Assembly (NCBI RefSeq): GCF_000009045.1
Contig: NC_000964.3
Coordinates: 1,020,001-1,052,000, forward strand
From: Bacillus subtilis subsp. subtilis str. 168
GTDB lineage: Bacteria > Bacillota > Bacilli > Bacillales > Bacillaceae
Direction of reading: 5' to 3'
DNA length: 32,000 bases
Below the pieces are notes generated by a model. It saw only the letters and a list, made by a program, of their open reading frames with translations. It was not told where the DNA came from and made no database searches. A program made the position numbers and the translations under genes. Positions 18,604-27,075 of this stretch are shown one piece after another. How positions within the stretch are numbered: position 1 is the first letter of the stretch; each line of letters opens with the position of its first letter.

Positions 18604-18631
18604 TTCACAACAAAATATGATCCTTTATAAT
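18604..18631 (+). promoter_or_regulatory. Candidate SigA promoter of yhdX
   Basis: TTCACA-N16-TATAAT. Confidence 0.5.
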
Positions 18632-18652
18632 AGCAAAAAAGGAGGCGAGATC

Positions 18653-18760
18653 ATGGGAAAAGGGAGAATCAGAGTGGAGGAAAGAATTAAAGCCGAAACG
18701 GATGCTGAAATGCAAAAAGCAACTCTCCTTGATCAGACACAAACGAAAAAAGGTAAGTGA
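18653..18760 (+). CDS. yhdX: Small charged protein of unknown function, 35 aa
   Basis: MGKGRIRVEERIKAETDAEMQKATLLDQTQTKKGK*; strong SD AAAAAGGAGG; not in the ORF track because of size. Followed by a terminator. Confidence 0.75.
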   Translation: MGKGRIRVEERIKAETDAEMQKATLLDQTQTKKGK

Positions 18761-18789
18761 CTGTCCCTATTGAATCTGGCTGATAGATG

Positions 18790-18819
18790 AATTGAGAAAT
18801 GACCCCGGCGTTTCGCCGG
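18790..18819 (+). terminator. Rho-independent terminator after yhdX
   Basis: ACCCCGGCG-TTT-CGCCGGGGTTTTG. Confidence 0.8.
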
Positions 18820-18908
18820 GGTTTTGTGCTGCATAAGACATTTAAATGAACATCCTTACGAATATTTTAGTATAATAAACAATTGATTGGGATAGAGGGG
18901 AGACAGTC

Positions 18909-20024
18909 ATGCCGGATTATCTGCAGCAGTATTTTACGCTTGATAACATCATACAAATCGGCATCAGCTTGGCGATTTTGCTGGTGTTTCTTATACTTAG
19001 AAAATTATTCACAAGATATTTTTTTAACCTGCTTTTTAATTTGACAAACCGGCCGAAAACAGAAATTTTTAAACAGGTGGTTCTGGCGTTTGATAAGCCG
19101 GCCAGATGGTTTTTTGTTGCCCTTGGGCTGTTTTTAGCGATCCGGTATTCACCGTTTTTAGATGAGCAAATGCCGGTCATCAGCAAAATATACCGCTCAC
19201 TGATTGTGGCGCTCTTGTGTTGGGGTCTTTGTAATTTGACCGCAACATCGTCGTTTATCTTCCATAAGGTGAACCAGCGCTTCGAGCTTGACATGGATGA
19301 CATTCTGGCCCCGTTTTTATCCAAATTGCTCCGTTTTGTGATCATTGCGCTCAGTGTCAGTGTGATCGCTCAGGAATTCAATTATGATGTCAACGGATTT
19401 GTAGCGGGCCTTGGTCTTGGCGGACTGGCTTTTGCGCTTGCCGCGAAGGATACCATCAGCAACTTCTTCGGCGGTATTATCATTATTACTGAAAAGCCGT
19501 TTACAATTGGTGACTGGGTGGAGACGTCGACAGTAACAGGATCAGTCGAGGATATTACCTTTAGGAGCACGAGATTCAGAACAGCACAGGGGGCGCTTGT
19601 AACGGTGCCGAACTCTACGCTGTCGATGGAAGCGATCACGAACTGGACAAGAATGACCAAACGCCAGATTACGTTTTCCATCCATGTGTCCTACGCTACG
19701 CCGATTGAGAACCTTGAACGCTCCATTCATTCTCTCAGAACAATGCTCTTAGAGCATGAGGGCGTTGATAATGAAATAATCATGGTCAACTTTGATACGT
19801 TTGCCGACAGCTACTACAATTTATTTTTTAACTTCTATACAAAAACGACGGTTTGGGCTGAAAACCTTAATATTAGAGAGGATATCAACTATAAAATTAT
19901 TGAGATTTTAGGTGCAGAAGGCGTTCAGTTTGCATATCCCGGCCAAATGGTTGTTGTCAAGCAAAAGCACGAAAGCGACCAATTCCAGGTGAATCTAAAT
20001 AAAGAGGAAAAGGAACGGGCTTAA
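18909..20024 (+). CDS. yhdY: MscS-family small-conductance mechanosensitive channel
   Basis: 371-aa; GFVAGLGLGGLAFALAAKDTISNFFGGIIIITEKPFTIGDWVE, VPNSTLSMEAITNWTR. Confidence 0.9.
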   Translation: MPDYLQQYFTLDNIIQIGISLAILLVFLILRKLFTRYFFNLLFNLTNRPKTEIFKQVVLAFDKPARWFFVALGLFLAIRYSPFLDEQMPVISKIYRSLIVALLCWGLCNLTATSSFIFHKVNQRFELDMDDILAPFLSKLLRFVIIALSVSVIAQEFNYDVNGFVAGLGLGGLAFALAAKDTISNFFGGIIIITEKPFTIGDWVETSTVTGSVEDITFRSTRFRTAQGALVTVPNSTLSMEAITNWTRMTKRQITFSIHVSYATPIENLERSIHSLRTMLLEHEGVDNEIIMVNFDTFADSYYNLFFNFYTKTTVWAENLNIREDINYKIIEILGAEGVQFAYPGQMVVVKQKHESDQFQVNLNKEEKERA

Positions 20025-20093
20025 AAGAGAGACTTCGTCTGACAGAGGCGGAGTCTTTTTCATGGTAAAATAAGAGAAAAAGGCGGTGTTGAG

Positions 20094-20837
20094 TTGGAAA
20101 CATTCAAAAGTATTCTACATGAAGCACAGAGAATTGTTGTGCTGACCGGAGCGGGAATGAGCACAGAATCAGGGATCCCCGACTTTCGTTCAGCAGGGGG
20201 CATTTGGACGGAGGATGCCTCAAGAATGGAAGCGATGAGCCTTGATTATTTTTTAAGTTATCCGCGTCTGTTTTGGCCCAAATTCAAAGAATTGTTCCAG
20301 ATGAAAATGAGCGGCAGCTTTGAACCGAATGAAGGCCATTTGCTTTTAGCTGAGCTGGAGAAGCAAGGGAAGCAGGTCGATATTTTCACGCAAAACATTG
20401 ACGGTCTTCATAAAAAAGCGGGGAGCAGGCATGTGTACGAACTGCATGGTTCTATCCAGACAGCAGCTTGTCCGGCATGCGGCGCCCGATATGATCTTCC
20501 CCATTTGCTGGAGCGGGAGGTGCCGGAGTGCACGGCGGCCGGAAACAATGGGGACATTTGCGGAACGGTATTAAAAACCGATGTTGTTCTCTTTGGCGAT
20601 GCCGTCATGCACTTTGACACCCTTTATGAAAAGCTGGATCAAGCAGATCTTTTATTGGTTATCGGCACGTCTCTCGAAGTGGCTCCGGCTAGATTTGTGC
20701 CTGAGGATGCAAGCCTGATTCCCGGCATGAAGAAAGTCATCATAAACCTTGAACCAACGTATTGCGACAGCTTGTTTGACATGGTCATCCATCAAAAAAT
20801 CGGCGAGTTTGCCCGAAGTTTGGGCATGAAAAAGTGA
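20094..20837 (+). CDS. srtN: NAD-dependent protein deacetylase (sirtuin)
   Basis: 247-aa; VLTGAGMSTESGIPDFRS, FTQNIDGLHKKAG, ELHGS, zinc Cys pairs CPAC / CGTVLKTDVVLFGD, GTSLEV; yhdZ. Confidence 0.93.
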   Translation: METFKSILHEAQRIVVLTGAGMSTESGIPDFRSAGGIWTEDASRMEAMSLDYFLSYPRLFWPKFKELFQMKMSGSFEPNEGHLLLAELEKQGKQVDIFTQNIDGLHKKAGSRHVYELHGSIQTAACPACGARYDLPHLLEREVPECTAAGNNGDICGTVLKTDVVLFGDAVMHFDTLYEKLDQADLLLVIGTSLEVAPARFVPEDASLIPGMKKVIINLEPTYCDSLFDMVIHQKIGEFARSLGMKK

Positions 20838-20860
20838 GCCGCTTTATGCGCCTCACTTTT

Positions 20861-21709
20861 TTATTCATGAACAGGAACCATTGTGTCCTCTAACACTCCG
20901 AAGGAATAGCCTTTTTCTTTTAATTTATTGATTAGTACCGGCAGCGCATTTACAGTAGCAGGAAGATCATGCATGAGAATTACATTTGGGCGGCTTGAAG
21001 AGCTGTGTTCCATATTCTCAAGCTGCTGTAATACGGCGGTCACATACTGTGAATTCCGGTATTTCCAGTCCATGCTGTCGATCGTCCAATCCCAGTACAC
21101 AAACCCATCTTTCTCCAGATTGCGAATTTGTGAGGCGGTTAGTGACGGCTTGCTTCCGTATGGCGTTCTGACAAGATCGGTTTTATATCCTGTAATGTCC
21201 TGCAGCGTGTCACGCGCCTCCTGCATTTCTTTTAGCGGAGATGTCGGTGTTTGATAGAACAATCTGTTATTGTGGGTAACGCCATGTAAACCGAGTGCGT
21301 GGCCTTCCTTTTCTGCTCTTTTCACAGCCTGCTTGAATTCGTTCATCCGCGGTGACAGCATAAAAAACGTCGCTTTTACATCAGCGCTTTTCAGTACGTC
21401 GAGCAAGCGGGTTGTAACGGCTGAAGGGCCGTCGTCGAAGGTTAAGTAAACCGTTTTATCTCCCATGTTCTGCTTTGTCTGCAGATGTTTTATCAGGAGA
21501 TCGGGGGAGTCGTTTTTCAGCTTAAGGCTTTCCTTCTCATCTCGAAGCTGGCCGTTTGTTGTGACAGTGACTTCCTTTGCTTTCGTTGAACTGTTGGAAT
21601 AACCCAAAATCACCATAAGCAAAAGCAGCACACATAAAACTGCTAAACTTGCAAATTTAAAAGCAAGCGAAACTGCAGAAGGAGAAGCCTCTCCTCTCGT
21701 TTGTCGCAT
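20861..21709 (-). CDS. yheN: Polysaccharide deacetylase (NodB domain), membrane anchored
   Basis: 282-aa; TM near N-terminus, VYLTFDDGPSAVTTRLLDVL, LGLHGVTHN, RTPYGS. Confidence 0.88.
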   Translation of the reverse strand: MRQTRGEASPSAVSLAFKFASLAVLCVLLLLMVILGYSNSSTKAKEVTVTTNGQLRDEKESLKLKNDSPDLLIKHLQTKQNMGDKTVYLTFDDGPSAVTTRLLDVLKSADVKATFFMLSPRMNEFKQAVKRAEKEGHALGLHGVTHNNRLFYQTPTSPLKEMQEARDTLQDITGYKTDLVRTPYGSKPSLTASQIRNLEKDGFVYWDWTIDSMDWKYRNSQYVTAVLQQLENMEHSSSSRPNVILMHDLPATVNALPVLINKLKEKGYSFGVLEDTMVPVHE

Positions 21710-21993
21710 AACAATCTCTCCATTGGCATAAAATCTCTACATAATGCTGTACAGCAGGCAGCTTATGAAGATGCCTTATGTTTACAACCTATGTATTACC
21801 AGTCAAGTATACAGGAATAAAACTGGAAAGCACATAGAAAATTTGTCGAAATGTCAGATTTTAAGGAAAAAATAAACTCCTTTCCGCTATAGATCTCTTG
21901 ATCTTTCTGTTTTTCAGCTTGTCCAATATGGTAGAATTAGTGATAATGACAGCTTGAATGACATCAGGGACATCTCGAAAAGGGAGGGCTTTT

Positions 21994-22842
21994 ATGAAGG
22001 TTTTAGTCAATGGCCGGCTGATTGGGCGCAGTGAAGCATCAATCGATTTGGAAGATCGCGGTTATCAGTTTGGTGACGGCATCTATGAAGTGATCAGGGT
22101 GTACAAAGGAGTATTGTTCGGCTTACGTGAGCATGCAGAGCGTTTTTTCAGAAGTGCTGCTGAAATCGGAATTTCACTGCCATTCAGTATAGAAGATCTC
22201 GAGTGGGACCTGCAAAAGCTTGTACAGGAAAATGCGGTCAGTGAGGGAGCGGTATACATTCAGACAACAAGAGGTGTGGCCCCGCGAAAACACCAGTATG
22301 AAGCCGGCCTCGAGCCGCAGACTACTGCCTATACGTTTACGGTGAAAAAACCGGAGCAAGAGCAGGCATACGGAGTGGCGGCCATTACAGATGAGGATCT
22401 TCGCTGGTTAAGATGTGATATCAAAAGTCTGAATTTACTGTATAATGTCATGACGAAGCAAAGGGCCTATGAAGCCGGAGCATTTGAAGCCATTTTACTT
22501 AGGGACGGCGTTGTTACGGAGGGTACATCCTCTAACGTTTATGCCGTTATCAACGGCACAGTGCGAACACATCCGGCTAATCGGCTCATTCTCAATGGAA
22601 TTACACGGATGAATATTTTAGGACTGATTGAGAAGAATGGGATCAAACTGGATGAGACTCCTGTCAGTGAAGAAGAGTTGAAACAGGCGGAAGAGATCTT
22701 TATTTCGTCAACGACGGCAGAAATTATTCCGGTCGTGACGCTCGATGGACAATCGATCGGAAGCGGGAAACCCGGACCGGTGACCAAACAGCTTCAGGCT
22801 GCTTTTCAAGAAAGCATTCAACAGGCTGCTAGCATTTCATAA
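21994..22842 (+). CDS. dat: D-alanine (D-amino acid) aminotransferase
   Basis: 282-aa from ATG 21994 (GGGAGG SD); [39 protein letters not shown]; yheM. The track start at 21958 is upstream of the SD. Confidence 0.93.
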
Positions 22843-22852
22843 ATGAACGAAG

Positions 22853-22889
22853 AAAAGAGCCCGCTTTTTACAGCGGGGCTCTTTTTATT
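22853..22889. terminator. Convergent terminator dat/nhaC
   Basis: AAAAGAGCCCCGCTgtaaaaaGCGGGCTCTTTT-type hairpin (imperfect, read on either strand). Confidence 0.75.
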
Positions 22890-24246
22890 TTTTAACAAAT
22901 CCAATCAAAATGGAGATCATTGGCGATATATAGAGGAAGAACGTAAATGGGATGTAGTCTATGACTGGAACACCAAGTGCGCTCGCCATAAATGCGCCGC
23001 TGACGCCCCAAGGAATCAATGGGTTAATTAATGTTCCGCCGTCCTCTAATGATCTTGTCAGAAATTTTCGCTGGATGTTTCGTTTGTCATATAAAGATTT
23101 AAATGATTGTCCCGGTATTAATATCGATAAATACTGTTCGCCCGTTGCCAAGTTGACGCCGATGCTTGAGCAGACAGTTGCTGCAACAAGACGGCCTTTT
23201 GAGCGGATGCCTTTCATGACGCCTTCCAATAGTGCAGAAATCAATCCGATTTTCTCCATCAATCCGCCGAGTGCAAAAGCAATCATAATGAGAGAGACAG
23301 AGCCCATCATGGATTGCAGTCCGCCTCTGTTAATAATTTTAGCGGCTGCCTCATTGTCAGTTTCGAAAGTTGTGCCATTTTGTAAAGCTGTCATAAACGC
23401 CTGCAGGCTGCTGTAGGGTACAAAAATAGCAGTCAAAATTCCCGAGGAAATAATTCCGGCAGTCAGAACGGGGATTACTGATACCCGTTTCATTGCCAGC
23501 AAAACGACTAAGAGCGGAGAAAGAAGGGCCCACGGTGTCACGTTTGCAGCATCTTTTATTCCGGTTATGACCTGCTGAATATTATCGGTTGAAGCAGCGT
23601 CCGCTGACACTGATGAACCGAGAAAGTAAAACAGAACGACAGTGATGAGCAAAGCTGGAATGGTTGTGCCCATCATATGGCGAATGTGTTCAAAGATTGG
23701 TATTTCGCCTATTCCGGCTGCAAAGTTGGTTGTGTCCGACATCGGCGACATTTTATCCCCAAAACAAGCGCCGCATATGACTGCGCCTGCTGTCCATTCA
23801 AGCGGAACGCCAGCCGCGCTCGCCACGCCGATCAGCGCTACTCCGATTGTGCTTACAGTTGTCAGACTTGAGCCAACAAGTGTGCTGATGATCATACATG
23901 AAAACAAAGCAGTCAACAGAAGGTGGCTTGGTTCAATAAAGGATAGGGCATAAACTGTCATAGTCGGTATTGCGCCGCTGTACATCCAGGCGCCGATTAA
24001 GATGCCGATCAGCGCTAGAACAATAATCGGCTGTACGCCGTTTTTGATCCCGTCTACAATCCCTTTTTCAATGCTCTTCCAGGGAAATCCAAACCATAAA
24101 GCTGCTGCTGAAAGCATGACAACACTTAAAAACAGCGGGATATGAGGTTCTACATGAAGCAAGAATAAGCAAGAAATAATAATGCACAACATGAATATAA
24201 ATAAACCGACGGCTAACGGAAACGTCAGCTTTTTTTGAGAATCCAA
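22885..24246 (-). CDS. nhaC: Na+/H+ antiporter NhaC
   Basis: 453-aa, multi-TM; CGACFGDKMSPMSDTTNFAAGIGEIPIFEHIRHM; yheL. Confidence 0.92.
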   Translation of the reverse strand: MDSQKKLTFPLAVGLFIFMLCIIISCLFLLHVEPHIPLFLSVVMLSAAALWFGFPWKSIEKGIVDGIKNGVQPIIVLALIGILIGAWMYSGAIPTMTVYALSFIEPSHLLLTALFSCMIISTLVGSSLTTVSTIGVALIGVASAAGVPLEWTAGAVICGACFGDKMSPMSDTTNFAAGIGEIPIFEHIRHMMGTTIPALLITVVLFYFLGSSVSADAASTDNIQQVITGIKDAANVTPWALLSPLLVVLLAMKRVSVIPVLTAGIISSGILTAIFVPYSSLQAFMTALQNGTTFETDNEAAAKIINRGGLQSMMGSVSLIMIAFALGGLMEKIGLISALLEGVMKGIRSKGRLVAATVCSSIGVNLATGEQYLSILIPGQSFKSLYDKRNIQRKFLTRSLEDGGTLINPLIPWGVSGAFMASALGVPVIDYIPFTFFLYISPMISILIGFVKK

Positions 24247-24372
24247 AATAACACCCCATATTTATCTTTAATGCTTTTGTGCTTTTGGGCACGAAAGCAT
24301 TATAACAGAAAAAAACGAAAATCTATGTTTTTTCACAATTATGAATATAAAAGAAGTGAGCACAGGGCGTGC

Positions 24373-24873
24373 TCACTTTACAATCAGGACGGGTATATCC
24401 GATTTCGCTGAAAGCTTTTCACTTACACTTCCGAATATTAGCTTTTTCAGCCTGTTTTGGTCTCTGCTTCCGGTTACGATCATATCGGCAGAAATGCGGT
24501 TTGCATGCTCGATAATTGATTCAGCCGGATCGCCTTCTAATATATCGATATCTCCATCTGCCTGCTGTTCATTCAGCATCATTCTGGCTTCGGCGATGAC
24601 TTCTTCCGTACGGTCTTCATAGATCATTGGCTCAGGTGATGTTACATCCGATATCAGCGGATCAGGAACACTTGTCATGCCTCCGCTGATATAGCTTGCC
24701 TCAGCTGCGGGTCTGGGCGGGTCGATGACGGTCTGATTGTCTTTCATATCATGTGAATGGGCGACGGTAATAGCGGCATTTACGGTTTTAGCAAGATCAA
24801 TGGCTGTCAGAAGCGCTTTCTTACTATTTTCACTTCCGTCAAACGCAACAATGATACGGTCAGCATGGAACAT
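24373..24873 (-). CDS. nhaX: UspA-family stress protein NhaX
   Basis: 166-aa form starting MFHADRIIVAFDGSENSKKALL; C-terminal IVTGSRDQNRLKKLIFGSVSEKLSAKSDIPVLIVK; yheK. Confidence 0.88.
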   Translation of the reverse strand: MFHADRIIVAFDGSENSKKALLTAIDLAKTVNAAITVAHSHDMKDNQTVIDPPRPAAEASYISGGMTSVPDPLISDVTSPEPMIYEDRTEEVIAEARMMLNEQQADGDIDILEGDPAESIIEHANRISADMIVTGSRDQNRLKKLIFGSVSEKLSAKSDIPVLIVK

Positions 24874-24953
24874 CCTTCTCACCCTTTCAAAGCGTCTTAC
24901 AACACTACTACCCGAATTTGAGCACAATTAACCTTTTCCTATTCAAGTAATGA

Positions 24954-24982
24954 TTGACAATAAAAGGTTTTGTTTATATGAT
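24954..24982 (+). promoter_or_regulatory. SigA promoter of bmrBCD
   Basis: TTGACA-N17-TATGAT. Confidence 0.85.
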
Positions 24983-25020
24983 GATAAAAAGATGAAATCA
25001 GAATGGAAGGAGGGTTTGCT

Positions 25021-25092
25021 ATGCCAAGGAATTTGCGTGTTTATCAAACAGTTTCATATTGGCGCGGCAAACCTTTTGTTCTGTTTTCGTGA
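25021..25092 (+). CDS. Alternative leader small ORF, 23 aa (MPRNLRVYQTVSYWRGKPFVLFS)
   Basis: ATG 7 nt after AAGGAGG (25007-25013); +1 frame relative to bmrB. Confidence 0.4.
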   Translation: MPRNLRVYQTVSYWRGKPFVLFS

Positions 25093-25198
25093 ACGGTTTT
25101 TTAGGTCGGACCGCGCGCTGAAAAGCGCTGTGCGTAACATATCGGTTAAAAAAGGCATGGAGCTGACGCTTCATGCCTTTTTTATATACAAAATCTAA
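25037..25198 (+). CDS. bmrB: Leader peptide BmrB (YheJ) of the bmrCD multidrug ABC transporter operon
   Basis: 53-aa from GTG 25037 (FIKQFHIGAANLLFCFRERFFRSDRALKSAVRNISVKKGMELTLHAFFIYKI); open frame continues upstream to 24950, so the true start is uncertain. Confidence 0.6.
   Translation: MFIKQFHIGAANLLFCFRERFFRSDRALKSAVRNISVKKGMELTLHAFFIYKI
25151..25184 (+). terminator. Leader attenuator upstream of bmrCD
   Basis: AAAGGCATGGAGC-TGAC-GCTTCATGCCTTTTTTT, 13-bp stem with one G.U, embedded in the bmrB reading frame. Confidence 0.85.
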
Positions 25199-25317
25199 GG
25201 AAAGACAGGTGTATGGGATGTGAAGACAAATACAGAGGCGAGGGCAGTTCGTGCCAAACTGGATGAAAAAAGCTGCAAGGAAAAAATAGAAGGCGGCTGA
25301 TGAGGAGATGGGGATAG

Positions 25318-27075
25318 ATGTTTTCAGTTTTGAAAAAGCTTGGCTGGTTTTTTAAGGCGTACTGGCTGCGCTATACGATTGCGATTGTCCTTTTATTAGC
25401 AGTCAATGTCATTGAAATGTTTCCGCCTAAGCTCTTGGGGAACGCCATAGATGATATGAAAGCAGGGGCATTTACTGCGGAAGGGCTGCTGTTTTATATC
25501 GGTATCTTTTTTGTGCTGACGGCGGCCGTGTATATCATGTCTTATTTTTGGATGCATCAGCTGTTTGGCGGAGCGAATCTGATGGAGAAAATTCTTCGTA
25601 CGAAGCTGATGGGGCATTTGCTGACTATGTCGCCGCCGTTTTATGAAAAAAACCGAACAGGCGATTTAATGGCACGAGGGACAAATGATCTTCAGGCCGT
25701 CAGTTTAACCACAGGGTTTGGCATCTTGACGTTAGTTGATTCTACGATGTTTATGATGACGATCTTTTTGACAATGGGGTTTTTGATCAGCTGGAAGCTG
25801 ACCTTTGCCGCCATTATCCCGCTTCCAGTCATGGCGATTGCAATCAGTCTATATGGAAGTAAAATTCATGAGCGGTTTACTGAGGCCCAAAACGCGTTCG
25901 GGGCGCTGAATGACAGAGTGCTGGAATCTGTTTCAGGCGTGCGGGTGATTCGCGCGTATGTTCAGGAAACAAACGATGTTCGCCGGTTTAATGAAATGAC
26001 CGCTGATGTTTATCAGAAAAATATGAAAGTGGCTTTTATTGATTCACTGTTTGAGCCGACGGTAAAACTGCTTGTCGGCGCAAGCTATCTGATTGGGCTC
26101 GGCTACGGAGCGTTTCTTGTATTCCGGAACGAGCTGACGCTTGGAGAGTTAGTGTCCTTTAACGTTTATCTCGGCATGATGATTTGGCCGATGTTTGCAA
26201 TCGGTGAACTCATTAATGTGATGCAGCGCGGCAATGCGTCATTAGATCGGGTAAATGAAACTCTTTCTTATGAAACGGATGTGACAGATCCAAAACAGCC
26301 CGCTGATCTTAAAGAGCCTGGAGATATCGTTTTCAGTCATGTCAGCTTTACATATCCAAGCTCAACAAGTGACAATCTTCAGGATATTTCATTTACGGTG
26401 CGAAAAGGGCAGACTGTCGGGATTGCAGGTAAAACCGGGAGCGGAAAAACGACAATTATTAAGCAGCTTTTGCGCCAGTATCCTCCAGGTGAAGGGAGCA
26501 TTACATTTTCAGGTGTACCGATTCAGCAAATCCCTCTTGACCGTCTCCGCGGATGGATCGGATATGTGCCTCAGGATCATTTACTGTTTTCACGGACTGT
26601 AAAAGAAAATATTTTATACGGAAAACAGGATGCAACTGATAAAGAGGTTCAGCAAGCCATTGCCGAAGCACATTTTGAAAAAGATTTGCACATGCTTCCG
26701 TCCGGTCTGGAGACAATGGTCGGTGAAAAAGGCGTGGCACTGTCAGGCGGGCAGAAACAAAGAATTTCGATCGCGAGAGCACTCATGGCGAATCCGGAAA
26801 TCTTGATTCTGGATGATTCACTTTCCGCTGTAGATGCCAAAACAGAGGCTGCAATTATCAAGAACATCAGAGAAAACCGCAAAGGAAAAACGACATTTAT
26901 TTTGACACACCGATTATCCGCGGTAGAGCACGCTGACCTGATCCTTGTGATGGACGGCGGCGTCATTGCTGAGAGAGGCACGCATCAAGAACTGCTGGCC
27001 AATAATGGGTGGTACCGGGAACAATATGAAAGACAGCAGCTGTTCACTGCGGAAGAAGGGGGAGCAGGGGCATGA
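25318..27075 (+). CDS. bmrC: Multidrug ABC transporter, half-transporter BmrC
   Basis: 585-aa; Walker A GKTGSGKTT, LSGGQKQRISIARALMANPEILILDDSLSAVD; yheI. Confidence 0.93.
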   Translation: MFSVLKKLGWFFKAYWLRYTIAIVLLLAVNVIEMFPPKLLGNAIDDMKAGAFTAEGLLFYIGIFFVLTAAVYIMSYFWMHQLFGGANLMEKILRTKLMGHLLTMSPPFYEKNRTGDLMARGTNDLQAVSLTTGFGILTLVDSTMFMMTIFLTMGFLISWKLTFAAIIPLPVMAIAISLYGSKIHERFTEAQNAFGALNDRVLESVSGVRVIRAYVQETNDVRRFNEMTADVYQKNMKVAFIDSLFEPTVKLLVGASYLIGLGYGAFLVFRNELTLGELVSFNVYLGMMIWPMFAIGELINVMQRGNASLDRVNETLSYETDVTDPKQPADLKEPGDIVFSHVSFTYPSSTSDNLQDISFTVRKGQTVGIAGKTGSGKTTIIKQLLRQYPPGEGSITFSGVPIQQIPLDRLRGWIGYVPQDHLLFSRTVKENILYGKQDATDKEVQQAIAEAHFEKDLHMLPSGLETMVGEKGVALSGGQKQRISIARALMANPEILILDDSLSAVDAKTEAAIIKNIRENRKGKTTFILTHRLSAVEHADLILVMDGGVIAERGTHQELLANNGWYREQYERQQLFTAEEGGAGA

